A stretch of 64,000 nt of DNA. Origin: Oligoflexales bacterium. Lineage in GTDB: Bacteria; Bdellovibrionota_B; Oligoflexia; Oligoflexales; JAPPIL01. The translations under genes and the position numbers were made by a program. The stretch lies in contig OZ245333.1 of the NCBI GenBank assembly GCA_965226195.1, positions 2,152,275 through 2,216,274 on the forward strand. The letters run 5' to 3'. Position 1 is the first letter of the stretch; every line of letters starts with the position of its first letter. Below are positions 8,486 to 19,920 of the stretch, in pieces. A model generated the notes under the pieces. That model saw only the letters and a list, made by a program, of their open reading frames with translations, was not told the origin of the DNA and ran no database searches.

Positions 8486-10111
8486 TCAATGTTGTTGTGG
8501 CAATTGTGTAGGATTTTGCTTAGCTCTTTCCTCGGCAAAAATTTTCCGCAAGTACTTAGCTTCGTCTTCGGCAACCACCTCTAATGCACCTTCAAGATCG
8601 TCAGCACCAGCCCTTATCAAATCACGCACCAAGTCTTCTGCAACTTCAATACCGTTACCCACTACGTCGTATGCTGATAACACTGTTCCCAGTGCGGAAT
8701 TAAGCTCGCTAGGTATCTTTTTTGCAATCACCTGATAAATCAGTCTGCGGACGAACTCATAACTTGTCTCGGCCTCGTAACCAATTACTTCGCTCAACGC
8801 ACCAGCAAAATCATCTGCACCAAGATCAACAAGGTGGTCTACCATCTCTTGGTTTGCACCCCATATTGAGTCTATGAACAGCGCGTTGATATCAACATCG
8901 CCATCAATATAGTCCAAAAGAAAATCTACCATCTCTATCTCACCTCTAGCAGCTGCTTCAGACAGGGCTGTGTTGATGTCATCAGCTCCACTTTCCAGTT
9001 GTTTCACTACCTCCTGTAGGTCACCTCTACCAGCTGCTCCGGACAAGAAAGGGTTGCGATCCTTCTTTATCTTTGCCAGCATCGCTTTTACTATCTTGCC
9101 GCGTCTCAACTCCGTTGCAATTTCCAAATGTTGACGAAGATCATACTCATCAGAAACATACCCATTAGTGAGTAGCCCATTAACAATACCATTGTGATCC
9201 TTAATAATGGCCAAGTGGGATACCTCATTGGTATTTTTCCGGTCGAAAAAACGGCTCTCGTGACGAGCTCTTGCAACAAGTTCGCCTTCAGAAGTAAAAT
9301 TATACAGTTGCGACGACGCTATCTTGGAGTGTACCTTATCATCTTCAACCTCCAACCTCACATAACCGCTTTCCAGATAACGACGTAAGACATGTAGTCC
9401 TGTAAAGCTATCTACACCTCCTCCAGAGTTACTATCCAAACTGTCTTTATCCCTCACGAATGCGGCGTTCAAGCCTGCCATTAGTTCGGCGGGAGTGAGC
9501 GAGGCAAGCTGTTGTCTAAGTGCTTCAATCAGATAACCTTTGTATCCGTCTAGCCGGACTCCAGTTATCCCTCGCCCCCTCTCTCTTGCCTGTTGCATAG
9601 CTTCCACTACGATGCGCACGTCTACCCCACGTTCACCAAGCTGCTCTTCCCAGTGGCGAAGCATCCTGCTAACTGCTAACAACTCGCCACTGTCATTATC
9701 AGCAACAAATTTTGTCAAGGTTCGCGCCAGATTACGCACTAGGTCGGGAGAAACGATAAATGGGCTAAGCTCCTCAGAAGTTTTTTCTGTCAACCAATGC
9801 ACAGGCATGACCAGCCTTTCATCAGCATTTTGACTTATGACGACAGTCTCGTCGTGGGCAGACAGACGGATCGCATCATGTGCAACTACGTCAGTGGGAA
9901 GCATACCACCTGTATAGATCATAGCTACCAACAATGCCCCCACTGCTCCTGTGCGCAGGCGAGGGAGGAACTTGTCGGCAGCAGGCTTGATGACATCCTT
10001 CACCTTGCTGACCCGTGTTCGCAGCGCACTAGTTAAACCCTGTGCCTCTGCTACGTTGTTAGACAGGGAAAATAGCAAAACCATTGCCACACAAAAAACC
10101 GCACCTTTCAT
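8486..10111 (-). CDS. Secreted protein with C-terminal degenerate ankyrin-like repeats
   Basis: I place the start at the ATG at 10111 (RBS GGAGAGG, signal peptide MKGAVFCVAMVLLFSLSNNVAEA). The C-terminal approximately 170 aa has repeats of the form GADD(I/F/L)..AL....(8-12 aa)..V..L(I/V), for example LESGADDINTALSEAAARGEIEMVDFLLD, LVDLGADDFAGALSEV and LIRAGADDLEGALEVV. Confidence 0.55.
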   Translation of the reverse strand: MKGAVFCVAMVLLFSLSNNVAEAQGLTSALRTRVSKVKDVIKPAADKFLPRLRTGAVGALLVAMIYTGGMLPTDVVAHDAIRLSAHDETVVISQNADERLVMPVHWLTEKTSEELSPFIVSPDLVRNLARTLTKFVADNDSGELLAVSRMLRHWEEQLGERGVDVRIVVEAMQQARERGRGITGVRLDGYKGYLIEALRQQLASLTPAELMAGLNAAFVRDKDSLDSNSGGGVDSFTGLHVLRRYLESGYVRLEVEDDKVHSKIASSQLYNFTSEGELVARARHESRFFDRKNTNEVSHLAIIKDHNGIVNGLLTNGYVSDEYDLRQHLEIATELRRGKIVKAMLAKIKKDRNPFLSGAAGRGDLQEVVKQLESGADDINTALSEAAARGEIEMVDFLLDYIDGDVDINALFIDSIWGANQEMVDHLVDLGADDFAGALSEVIGYEAETSYEFVRRLIYQVIAKKIPSELNSALGTVLSAYDVVGNGIEVAEDLVRDLIRAGADDLEGALEVVAEDEAKYLRKIFAEERAKQNPTQLPQQH

Positions 10112-10586
10112 GACATACCTCTCCATGAAATTTAAAAAAACTAAAACAGAGCAGCAATTCATAGCAAAAAAAAGAATAGTCAACAAGAAAAATTCAAAAA
10201 AAGCACATGCCCTTGCTGCAGTAACTTTTTTCAATAACTGTAGTGCTTAATCTTCTCGCCTTTTTGCCAATCTTGTGCATTGCCTCAATGCCAATTTTGA
10301 GGTGGAGGCCGGTAAATTTTTGTGATATATGGCGGCTGGTATAGATCTTCACACCTTCGGGGGTAATGGGAACATCGGAGATCAGCAGCAGCACACCGCG
10401 GGCAATCCATAACTTTCAGGAGTATCTCTGCTCTTCACCCGCCGAACGTACCCCATCTCAGAGAGGCGGTGGAGAGCACTATGCCCCCAACACTATGCAG
10501 GGGAGGGGTGTGGGGAGCAGTTTGCCGCTTGCTAGCTCCCGCTCCCCACATACAAACGTGAGTCTTGATACGTGGGTTTGGGGTAG

Positions 10587-11426
10587 CTACCTATCGAAAG
10601 GCCACCACCACAGGGGTGGGTCAAGTGGCTCGGCGTTGATAAACCTACGCACATAGCGGCTGTGAATTGCACCGTTGAGAAGACGCACCTCTTCCTCGTT
10701 ACTGAGTATGACATCACCCCAGACGACACCGAGTAGTTTCCCAGTAACAAAATCAATCAGCCCAGCACCGCTTGAGCCACTGGCTATATCGCAGCTGTGA
10801 GACAGCCCGTGCAGAAAAATGTCTGCCTCCCTGCGCAAATACCAAGGAAAACGACCAAGCACGTAGCAATCGAGACCAGTAACTGATTTGTCAAAGACCG
10901 TGCGGTTGCGTAGCTGCGTCTCATGCACATTTGGGTGATGAATAATGAATGCTTCTCGCCGTTTAGGGATTTTCCCCTGCCAAATTTCTAGTGGCTGGTA
11001 ACGTTTGGGAAGCTTGCGCTTGGACTGCAACATGAAGGCAGCAAGATCGACACTACGGTTGATACGTAACGTGCCGGAACGACAGTTGACCGTCAGACGC
11101 TTACTTTCCATCGAGAATACCACTGAAGTCTGCTCACAAGTGGCGGCACGACCAATCTTGTCACGGAAACAGTGGGCATTGGTGATGATCTGTGCTTCCT
11201 TGCCCGGCGATGTTACCAAAGTACCTGAACAAGTGCCGCTGGGATTGGTAATGAACACCGCTGCGGCATTGGCCCGCTGCAGGATTGCCTTCGGGATGTA
11301 GCTGGCATTAGTAAGCGAGAAGCGTGCGATGTCTTCAGTGTGGGTAAAAATACGGCGCTGGCGAGGCGCTTCGCAGGTACAACTACTTGATAATAAAGCA
11401 ATTATAAGTATAAGAAAAAACCGCAT
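10587..11426 (-). CDS. Secreted trypsin-like serine peptidase (S1 family-like)
   Basis: It has a signal/lipoprotein-like N-terminus (MRFFLILIIALLSSSC), a His motif (ITNAHCF) and a Ser motif (DIASGSSGAGLID). Confidence 0.7.
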   Translation of the reverse strand: MRFFLILIIALLSSSCTCEAPRQRRIFTHTEDIARFSLTNASYIPKAILQRANAAAVFITNPSGTCSGTLVTSPGKEAQIITNAHCFRDKIGRAATCEQTSVVFSMESKRLTVNCRSGTLRINRSVDLAAFMLQSKRKLPKRYQPLEIWQGKIPKRREAFIIHHPNVHETQLRNRTVFDKSVTGLDCYVLGRFPWYLRREADIFLHGLSHSCDIASGSSGAGLIDFVTGKLLGVVWGDVILSNEEEVRLLNGAIHSRYVRRFINAEPLDPPLWWWPFDR

Positions 11427-11801
11427 AGCTCTACCACCACTCAATCCAACCTGAATACAGCTTCGGCATGGAGCGAAAAAAAATTAGAACATATTGTTTT
11501 GTCTTGGAAGTTATGGTTGAATTTTTTCAACAATAACAAACAATTATAAAAAATGAAAAAATTTTTGCCATATAGCTAAAGATAGTAATTAAAATAGCCG
11601 AAGATATGTTGGAAATGCAGATTTTGTGTGTATCATAGGTGATAAAGTCATGGATTATAACTGCAGCGGTGATAATTATCCAGTTCCTGTTAGTTGTGGC
11701 GACAAATAGCGATGTTGTGCATCAATTTATAATGCTAACTTTATCTAGTATTGCATACAACTTCAACAGCATGGTGACTGATAGTCAAGGAGGATATTTG
11801 C

Positions 11802-14083
11802 ATGAGATTACTGATACTGTTCGTGTTGTTGACAAGCTTGAGTTGCAGTAAGAAAACTTTTGATGCTAGTGTGACAGAACAGCAGCCAGCTGGCAGTGGC
11901 AGTATAGATTCAACTACTGAAATTGTGGCAGAGGATATGCCATCTATCAAAATCGAGCCATCTGAATTGTTTGTTTTGAACCCAGTCAGCGATACGAGAA
12001 ACACAGAGAGGATAAACCTTGTGCAAAACAACACAGTGCAAAAAATGATCGTTATGAAAACAGAGAAAAAATCTCGGCAGCAATCACTAACGGCTAAGAA
12101 TCGCAGTTGGCACAGTAAACAAGTCACACAAACAGGTAGTAACGGCGAGAAACGAACGGACACGCGCAGACTTAAAAGCGACAAGGGACTCCTCGACTTA
12201 CTGCTAGTCATCGATGACTCAAAATCGATGCAAAGAGTACATGAAAATCTAAAAGATAAGTTAAGTAGTCTGCTATACGACATCAAAAATAGCAACTGGA
12301 AGATCAACATTATCGATGTTGATGATCCGCAGACATGTGATAATACTGTTATTACCATGAACAATGAGGCCGACTATAGGGCTAAATTAGTTGACTTGAA
12401 AACTAGTGCTGGCAACAATCCCAACGCTAACGAGAGAACACTGCAAAAGGCTAAGGCTGCACTGAGTGGCAGTTGTAATTCATGGCTGCGCACCGATTCG
12501 ACTCTAGCAGCAGTTATCATCACCGATGAAGATCATCAGTGTACTAATTCTGGTGCCGGTGATAATTTCGGTAACAATACCAATTCCTTTATGTGTGGCA
12601 CAGAAGTAAATGATTTTATTACGGCTTTCAGAGGCTTACGTAAACATACAAGTTTGTATGGTATTTTAGTTACCGAGCTAACCTGCGGAAGTATGCGTTC
12701 ATTTGTGGAAGGTTGTTTTAAAGAAAATGATCCGCATTTCGATCCTCTCGATCCTCAATGTGTAGATACGAGCAAATTATGTTACAAGTGTAGGTTCACC
12801 AATCCCTGCTTTAATCGTAAGGATGGAGACAAGTATCTTGCCAATTATCTCGATCTCGCGGCAAAATTCGATGATACAATGAACATTTATAGTTCGGATT
12901 ACAGGTAAGCTTTTAAAAGTTATCGCCGCTGGTATCAAAGGCAAACTTCAAGATCAGCTCACCTTAACATTAGAGCCTGACAGCGGTGCTGCTGTAACAG
13001 TAACTGTTGATGGCAAAACCAAAACGCAAGGATCGGATTTTCAAATTAAAGGCAAGGTTCTTACATTTATGCAAGATCCGGGTGGTGACAATATAGTGAT
13101 AAAGTATGTCCCGAAGGGTGGTGTCACGCCATTTATCAGCACAATGACAGTCGAGAGTCAAGCAGATATGAGTAACTTGACAGTTTCGGTAGCAGGTAAC
13201 AGGCTGCAAAAAAACACACATTATACGGTGAGTGGCAATACCGTGATCGCTGAAAAATGCTAAAAAAGATTTTCCTGGTGGTGCAGTTGCAAACCTGACA
13301 TGGCAAAGGCAGCAAAGGTATGCGCCAAAACAGAAAGAATTTCATTTTGCGAGCAACCGTGAAGTAATCGCGGGAACAGTAAGTATCTCAGGCTATGCTG
13401 CCAGTCGTTATCGTGTTGTAAGTAATTCTAATAAGATTATTTTTAACAACGGACAAGAGCCTGCTTATGGTGCGAAACTTAACATTCGCTATGAGCATTA
13501 CCACATAGATAAATTGACGTATCCACATAACTACCGCGGCACTTATCCTATTACCGTGGCTAACTGCTCGGTCCCGTGTTCACTCAGGGGCAGCAATATT
13601 GTTTTTAATCACAGCAATTTTCAACGCGACAAGTTAGTTACTGTTACCCTGACAGTGCAGGGGCTAAAGAGTGACCGTCGCCCTCTTCCACAGCACTATG
13701 TGGCCAACAGTTTGGAGTTAGAGTTAGGAAGCAAAAAATGCACAGAAGAAGAACTTATTATCAGCAGCGGTGAATTGATGTTAGCTACAGATGATGCTAC
13801 AAACAATGGTTGCGATGTGCTCGCTATACTTGATAGCAATCTTGATCAAGACATAACACTTTCTTTTCTTCCTTTTACTCCTGACCAAGAGATAGAAGTC
13901 AGCATGGATAACCTCCTTGAATATGTTGGTTATAGCACAGAATACTGGGAAGTTTTTATCGATGGTAAGAAAAAAGAAGAGGGCAAAGATTATACAACAT
14001 CAGTGAGTGACAGAAAAATAACCTTCAACGGCAACTATCCTCCCAACACTAGGGGTGAAGTAATGATTTCCATCTACTATTAG
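11802..14083 (+). pseudogene. VWA-domain lipoprotein gene split over three frames by two +1 shifts
   Basis: Frame 0 covers 11802..12908 and carries MRLLILFVLLTSLSC plus the MIDAS-like LLLVIDDSKSM. The ORF continues in frame 1 (open 12883..13263), then in frame 2 (open 13247..14083). Removing one T from the TTT at 12886..12888 and one A from the A5 run at 13253..13257 restores a single ORF of about 760 aa. Confidence 0.65.
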
Positions 14084-14222
14084 CTAATCTCTTGATAATA
14101 TTAAAAAAATTAGCTCTCTTTACTTCATCTCACCAAAGGGCGCTACTTGCTATGTGTGGAAGTGTGGTAAACTGAGAGACAGCGGCTTTCCACACAAATT
14201 TAACAACAACAGGTAGGTAATC

Positions 14223-16283
14223 ATGGATGCGCTCAAGCTCATGGACATGATTTCAGCGGAAGACCATCTCGATCAGTTCAAAAGTTTCAACTGGACGGGG
14301 TCATTCGAGAGCTACCTCGATATGCTGGGCAATGACCCACGTATTGCAAGGACTGCATTCCAGCGCATCTACGACATGATAATGAGTTATGGCACGAGAA
14401 GCTATAAGGAATACAAGAAATCTATCACACATTACAATTTTTTCGATAACTCCATCGAAAACGGCAGGGATGCAGTATTTGGTTTAGATGTGCATCTGAT
14501 GAAACTCGTCAATGTCTTCAAAGCTGGGGCACAGCGTTATGGCACAGAGAAACGTGTCATCCTACTACACGGCCCCGTTGGCTCTTCCAAATCAACCATC
14601 ACTCGCTTACTCAAAAAGGGCTTAGAAGCCTACTCGCGTGGCGATGACGGAGCATTATATTCCTATACTTGGCACAATCTCGGTGACATTCTCAAGATGG
14701 AAGATGGCATGCCCTGTCCCATCAACGAAGAGCCACTGCATTTGATTCCCGTAGAAAAACGTAAAGAAGTTATTAACAAACTTAACACTTCGCTCGATCG
14801 ACTCACTGCAATCTATGTCGAAGGCGAGCACTGCCCTGCCTGTCGTTATATTTTTAACGAACTGATGAAATACTACAAAAACGATTGGCGCAAACTAATA
14901 ACAAACCATATCACAGTGCGTCGTGTCATACTTTCCGAGAGAGACCGCATCGGTATTGGCACGTTTCAACCCAAAGACGAAAAAAACCAAGACTCTACTG
15001 AGCTAACAGGCGACATCAACTACCGCAAAATTGCCCAGTATGGTTCTGATTCCGATCCTCGTGCCTTCAACTTCGATGGCGAATTCAACGTTGCTAACCG
15101 CGGCATGATTGAGTTTATCGAGGTGCTCAAACTCGACGTTGCTTTTCTCTATGATTTGCTTACCGCAAGCCAAGAACATAAGATCAAGCCGAAAAAGTTC
15201 GCTCAAACTGACATCGACGAAATCATCATCGGACACACTAACGAAGCGGAATATCGTAAGCTACAAAAAAATGAATTCATGGAGGCTTTGCGCGATCGCA
15301 CCGTCAAAATAGACATTCCCTACATTACCAAACTCAAAGAAGAAATTAAAATATATGAGAAAGACTTCAATCTCACCTCCGTGCCACATATCCACGTCGC
15401 TCCGCATACCATTGAAATGGCCGCGATGTGGGCAATTTTGACCCGGCTCGAAGACCCTCGCAAAGCTAACTTAACTCTTATGCAAAAACTAAAACTTTAC
15501 GACGGCAGGACCACACAAAAATTCACTGAAGATAATATCAAAGAACTGCGTAAAGAAGCAAGCCGCGAAGGTCTCGAAGGTATCAGCCCCCGTTATGTGC
15601 AGGATAAAATTTCTAACGCCCTCGTTATCGACAAAGGCAACGGCTGTATCAACCCCTTTATTGTTCTCAATGAACTCGAATCAGGACTTAAAGAACACTC
15701 GCTTATCAGCAATAACGAGGATCGCAAACGCTACACCGAGCTTCTAGCAGAAGTAAAACGCGAATACGAAGATATCGTCAAGCACGAAGTTCAATGTGCG
15801 GTATCTGCCGACGAGTCAGCTATTTCTAAAGTCTGTGCCAACTACATAGATAACCTCAAAGCCTACATCCAAAACGAAAAAGTCAAAAACCCCTATACAG
15901 GTGCTGACGAAGAACCAGATGAAAGACTGATGCGCTCGATCGAAGAAAAAATTGACATCCCCGACAGCCGTAAAGATGATTTTCGTCGCGAAATTATGAA
16001 CTATATTGGTGCGTTAGCACTCGAAGGGCGTTCATTTGATTACAAGACTAACGAGCGTTTACACAAGGCACTTGAGCTTAAACTGTTTGAAGATCAAAAA
16101 GATACTATCAAACTGACAACTCTTGTTTCAAATGTTGTTGACAAAGAAACACAAGAAAAAATTTCCGTCGTCAAAGGACGCTTGGTTAAAAATTACCACT
16201 ACTGCGAAATATGCGCTAGCGATGCGTTGAATTTTGTTGCCAGCATCTTTGCTCGCGGTGGAGTGACAAAGCAAAGTAATTAA
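14223..16283 (+). CDS. prkA: PrkA family serine protein kinase (AAA+ N-terminal domain)
   Basis: The 686-aa protein has the P-loop [12 protein letters not shown] and the typical PrkA N-terminus ([17 protein letters not shown]). yeaH and spoVR follow it. Confidence 0.95.
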   Translation: MDALKLMDMISAEDHLDQFKSFNWTGSFESYLDMLGNDPRIARTAFQRIYDMIMSYGTRSYKEYKKSITHYNFFDNSIENGRDAVFGLDVHLMKLVNVFKAGAQRYGTEKRVILLHGPVGSSKSTITRLLKKGLEAYSRGDDGALYSYTWHNLGDILKMEDGMPCPINEEPLHLIPVEKRKEVINKLNTSLDRLTAIYVEGEHCPACRYIFNELMKYYKNDWRKLITNHITVRRVILSERDRIGIGTFQPKDEKNQDSTELTGDINYRKIAQYGSDSDPRAFNFDGEFNVANRGMIEFIEVLKLDVAFLYDLLTASQEHKIKPKKFAQTDIDEIIIGHTNEAEYRKLQKNEFMEALRDRTVKIDIPYITKLKEEIKIYEKDFNLTSVPHIHVAPHTIEMAAMWAILTRLEDPRKANLTLMQKLKLYDGRTTQKFTEDNIKELRKEASREGLEGISPRYVQDKISNALVIDKGNGCINPFIVLNELESGLKEHSLISNNEDRKRYTELLAEVKREYEDIVKHEVQCAVSADESAISKVCANYIDNLKAYIQNEKVKNPYTGADEEPDERLMRSIEEKIDIPDSRKDDFRREIMNYIGALALEGRSFDYKTNERLHKALELKLFEDQKDTIKLTTLVSNVVDKETQEKISVVKGRLVKNYHYCEICASDALNFVASIFARGGVTKQSN

Positions 16284-16627
16284 TTTCATTTTGGTTTTTT
16301 CAGTGGCTAAAGCCGCGAGCTTAGATACTGGGAGGTTGGTTTTTGTGAGAAGGTATGGTTCTTGCCACAAGCTCTCTTGTATTGAGCACAGTGTTTGCCG
16401 CAAGTTTGTCACGGTGCTAATAGCTAAGTGGAGGTGTCTGGTGACCATGCTCTCTGCGTGCCTTCTGGCACACAGAGGAAGCGCTTAGCCAGTACCGCGC
16501 GGAGGAGGTATGTGTCACCTGACACCTCTGATTCAAAAACATCGATACAGGCAGGGGGAGGAGCACGAGGAGGGGGAACGCCTCTTCGTATTACCCCCCC
16601 TTTGAAGGGGGGGTGGGGGTAGTGAAA
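16284..16627. repeat. Mosaic repeat insertion in the prkA-yeaH spacer
   Basis: It contains module A (16309..16345, aaagccgcgagcttagatactgggaggttggtttttg). It also has the ctgcgtgccttctggcacacag hairpin module seen at 33064..33085 and a ggggaacgcc..cccc module. Confidence 0.7.
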
Positions 16628-17716
16628 ATGGATACCGATCTCAATCGGTTTCATAAAATTTTGCGGGGTAAAATAAAAAAAGAACTGCGCAAATTTATTT
16701 CTAACGGAGATTTACTAGGCAGGCAGGGGGGCAAAACAATCAGTATCCCTTTGCCACGTATCAATATTCCGCGTTTTCAATTCGGGCAGCAACAACGTGG
16801 CGTTGGGCAGGGTGAAGGTGAAGTTGGTGATCCATTACCGGGGCAGCCACAAGATGGACAACAGCAAGCTGGTAAAGGTGAAGGCGAGAAAGCTCTTGAA
16901 GTTGAGGTTTCACTGGAAGAACTTGCCGACATTCTCGGTGAAGAGTTTGAATTGCCACGTATTGAGAATAAGGGCACAAAAAACATTGATGCTGCGCAAC
17001 ACAAGTATACGGGCATTTTCAAGCAAGGCCCCGAATCGTTGCGGCATTTCAAACGCACCTTTAGAGAGGCATTGAAACGCTCAATTATCAGTGGCACTTA
17101 CAACGAGCATACGCCGATAATCACGCCTGTCAAAGATGATAAGCGTTATCGCTCGTTTAGAAAGGTGCACAAACCTGAAACAAACGCAGTGGTTATCTAC
17201 ATGATGGATGTCTCTGGCAGTATGGGTGAGGAACAAAAACAAATCGTGCGCTTGACCGCGTTCTGGTTAGATACGTGGTTGACACGGCAATATACTGGCT
17301 TGGAACGCCGCTATATTGTGCATGATGCCGTTGCTCGTGAAGTCGATCAAGATACTTTTTACCGCACGCGAGAATCAGGTGGCACACTGATAAGTTCTGC
17401 TTATCAACTGGCACTTAACCTTATGGAAAAAAACTATCCGACCGAAATGTGGAATATCTATCTTTTTCATTTTTCCGATGGAGATAATTGGTCTGGTAAC
17501 GACACCACGGAGTGCCTCAACCTCATGAGTGGTAATATCTTGCCTAATGCTAACCTATTCAGTTATGGTCAAGTGGAGTCTCGTTACGGGTCAGGGCAGT
17601 TTTTGCGTGATCTTGAAAAAGGTTTTCCTAGCAACGAGAAAGTTGCACTGGCTAAAATCAAAGATCGTGATGCAATTATCGGTGCATTGAAAATTTTTCT
17701 GGGACGAGGCCGCTAG
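16628..17716 (+). CDS. yeaH: YeaH/YhbH family protein (DUF444, VWA-like)
   Basis: It has an ATG at 16628, a Gly/Gln-rich segment and the VVIYMMDVSGSM motif. It lies between prkA and spoVR. Confidence 0.9.
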   Translation: MDTDLNRFHKILRGKIKKELRKFISNGDLLGRQGGKTISIPLPRINIPRFQFGQQQRGVGQGEGEVGDPLPGQPQDGQQQAGKGEGEKALEVEVSLEELADILGEEFELPRIENKGTKNIDAAQHKYTGIFKQGPESLRHFKRTFREALKRSIISGTYNEHTPIITPVKDDKRYRSFRKVHKPETNAVVIYMMDVSGSMGEEQKQIVRLTAFWLDTWLTRQYTGLERRYIVHDAVAREVDQDTFYRTRESGGTLISSAYQLALNLMEKNYPTEMWNIYLFHFSDGDNWSGNDTTECLNLMSGNILPNANLFSYGQVESRYGSGQFLRDLEKGFPSNEKVALAKIKDRDAIIGALKIFLGRGR

Positions 17717-19212
17717 TGCTTGGCTTTGATACAAAACTAACCGACGAAATTAATTTTTTCGTCCAAGAACTCGAACAAGTTGCTCGTACCGCTGGGCTTG
17801 AGCCATGCACAACTATCTTTGAACTGGTTGATTACAAACAACTCAACGAAATAGCGGCCTACATGGGTTTCCCTACCCGCTACCCGCATTGGCGTTTTGG
17901 TATGGAATACGAGCGGTTAGCCAAAAGCTATACCTACGGCTTGTCGATTATCTACGAGATGGTAATCAACAACAACCCGTGCTATGCTTACCTGTTACGC
18001 GCTAACGATCTCGTCTACCAAAAAACAGTTATTGCCCATGTCTATGGTCATTGTGATTTTTTTCAAAAAAACTACTGGTTCAGCAAAACAAATGGCAAAA
18101 TGCTTAACCAGATGGCTAATCATGGCACAATCGTGCGCTCTTTGATTAACGACATCGGCCATGATAAAGTTGAAAGTCTTCTCGATTGCTGTCTATCGCT
18201 TGAGAATTTGATCGATATCTATGCACCTTTTCAAACCAAAAAGAAAGATGACAACACCACAGAAGAAGTAAACATCACCGATGATAAACTGAAACTCGAT
18301 GCCAAGTCTTATATGGACACGTATGTTAACCCTAAAGAGTATATTGCTAGCAAACGTAAATTACTAGAAGAAAAACGCAGCAAAGACTCCTTACTTGATT
18401 CTAAAACTAATGAACGTGATGTGTTCAACTATCTGCTTTGCCATGCACCGCTGAAAGATTGGGAGTGGCAATTGCTAGATATAATTCGTGCGGAAGCTTA
18501 TTATTTTGCACCACAAGCACAGACGAAAATTCTCAACGAAGGCTGGGCTACGTATTGGCACAGCGAGATGATGACTAAGCTCTATCCGTTGTCAGCGGCG
18601 GAGATTATCGATTACTGTGATCATTACGCAGGTGTGGTTGCCAGTGTGCCGGGACAACTTAACCCCTACAAGCTTGGTGTTGAACTGCTGCGTCATTGTG
18701 AACGACGTTGGAACGAAGGGCGTTTTGGGCTTGACTATCTTAGCTGCACCGACCCTAAAGTGCGCAAATTTTGGAATAAAAATGCCCAGCAAGGCAAAGA
18801 AAAACTTTTTGAAATAAGAAAAATACATAATGACGTGACATTTATTGATGCTTATCTTGATGAAGATTTTTGTCACGAACAAAAAATGCTAGTTTATGAT
18901 TACGATCGCAATCGGGGCAAGTATGTTATCTCTTCACGTGAATTTGATGATGTTAAACGCAAGTTGCTAGATCAACTAACTAATGTTGGTAACCCGATTA
19001 TTGCAGTCAAAGATGGCAATTTTCGTAATCGTCGTGAGTTGCTGCTCGTGCATGAGCACAGTGGACAAGATCTTAAACAGGACTTTGCTTTGGAGACGTT
19101 GAAAAATTTATTTCGTTTATGGAAGCGGCCAGTACATCTGGAAACGCGTATCGAAGGGGTCTCGAAAAGAATTTCCTGCTCTGGTTCTGATCATCAGATA
19201 GAGAGAATTTAA
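17716..19212 (+). CDS. spoVR: SpoVR family protein
   Basis: The 498-aa protein has SpoVR-like blocks (FPTRYPHWRFGMEYE, AHVYGHCDFFQKN, LNEGWATYWH). Its start overlaps the yeaH stop (TAGTG). Confidence 0.9.
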   Translation: MLGFDTKLTDEINFFVQELEQVARTAGLEPCTTIFELVDYKQLNEIAAYMGFPTRYPHWRFGMEYERLAKSYTYGLSIIYEMVINNNPCYAYLLRANDLVYQKTVIAHVYGHCDFFQKNYWFSKTNGKMLNQMANHGTIVRSLINDIGHDKVESLLDCCLSLENLIDIYAPFQTKKKDDNTTEEVNITDDKLKLDAKSYMDTYVNPKEYIASKRKLLEEKRSKDSLLDSKTNERDVFNYLLCHAPLKDWEWQLLDIIRAEAYYFAPQAQTKILNEGWATYWHSEMMTKLYPLSAAEIIDYCDHYAGVVASVPGQLNPYKLGVELLRHCERRWNEGRFGLDYLSCTDPKVRKFWNKNAQQGKEKLFEIRKIHNDVTFIDAYLDEDFCHEQKMLVYDYDRNRGKYVISSREFDDVKRKLLDQLTNVGNPIIAVKDGNFRNRRELLLVHEHSGQDLKQDFALETLKNLFRLWKRPVHLETRIEGVSKRISCSGSDHQIERI

Positions 19213-19236
19213 CTAAGTTTAATGGAGGTAAAGGTC

Positions 19237-19917
19237 ATGAGATTTAGCTATGTATGTTGTTTGGGAGTTTTTGCAGCTTTTTTGTTAACACTGTTGACTG
19301 AAAGTTGTATACAATCAAAACGCAAACGCGCGCAACCAGAATGTTTGCACGGTAAGAATGCCGACGGAGAATGTCATCCTCCCTCGTGGGAGGTGACCGA
19401 TATTTGTCAGGGTAATTTTGGCATCAAGGAAAGCGGCGAAAACTGTGTATTTTACACGGCTGCACACCCTAATGGTTGTATTGTATCTGGTTTAAAGCCC
19501 CACCCCGCCACTAGTTCTGCTGGCTGTCTTATTTTTGATAGTATTGGCAACTACTGTATGCTTGACGGGCTAGACAGGGCAAATTTGCTATGCAGTACAT
19601 CCATCAAACGTGATCCCGCGGCGGTGTCGATTTATCTTGAGGTGCAGGAGGAGGGGTTTAAACCGCATATTGTCTTTGATACCAGCGAAAAAGTTCAAAC
19701 AGGGGCAGCACTTGTACTCGGTGAGCAGAGTTACAGAGGCAATGATATTATTGTCGCAAAAAACGATGATGGCAAGACAACTTTGAGCATGGCGCTGAAA
19801 ATTCCGTGGGAGCTAACTTACACCAAAGAAGATGGCACAGGAATTTGTGCTGATGGTGTGCTCAGTGGCAACAATAGCTCTAAAGAGACGGCGGTGCGCG
19901 GTAACATTTGCCTGTGA
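19237..19917 (+). CDS. Hypothetical Cys-rich secreted protein
   Basis: It has an ATG at 19237 with RBS GGAGG, a signal peptide and multiple Cys in the N-terminal half. I recognise no family. Confidence 0.45.
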   Translation: MRFSYVCCLGVFAAFLLTLLTESCIQSKRKRAQPECLHGKNADGECHPPSWEVTDICQGNFGIKESGENCVFYTAAHPNGCIVSGLKPHPATSSAGCLIFDSIGNYCMLDGLDRANLLCSTSIKRDPAAVSIYLEVQEEGFKPHIVFDTSEKVQTGAALVLGEQSYRGNDIIVAKNDDGKTTLSMALKIPWELTYTKEDGTGICADGVLSGNNSSKETAVRGNICL

Positions 19918-19920
19918 AGC

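Noticed and set aside
10194-10394. 66-aa minus-strand ORF in the spacer between the ankyrin-like gene and the protease gene
   Set aside because: There is no recognisable family and no RBS. It overlaps the 5' region of the ankyrin-like gene's ORF-track extension and repeat modules, so it is probably non-coding or a relic.
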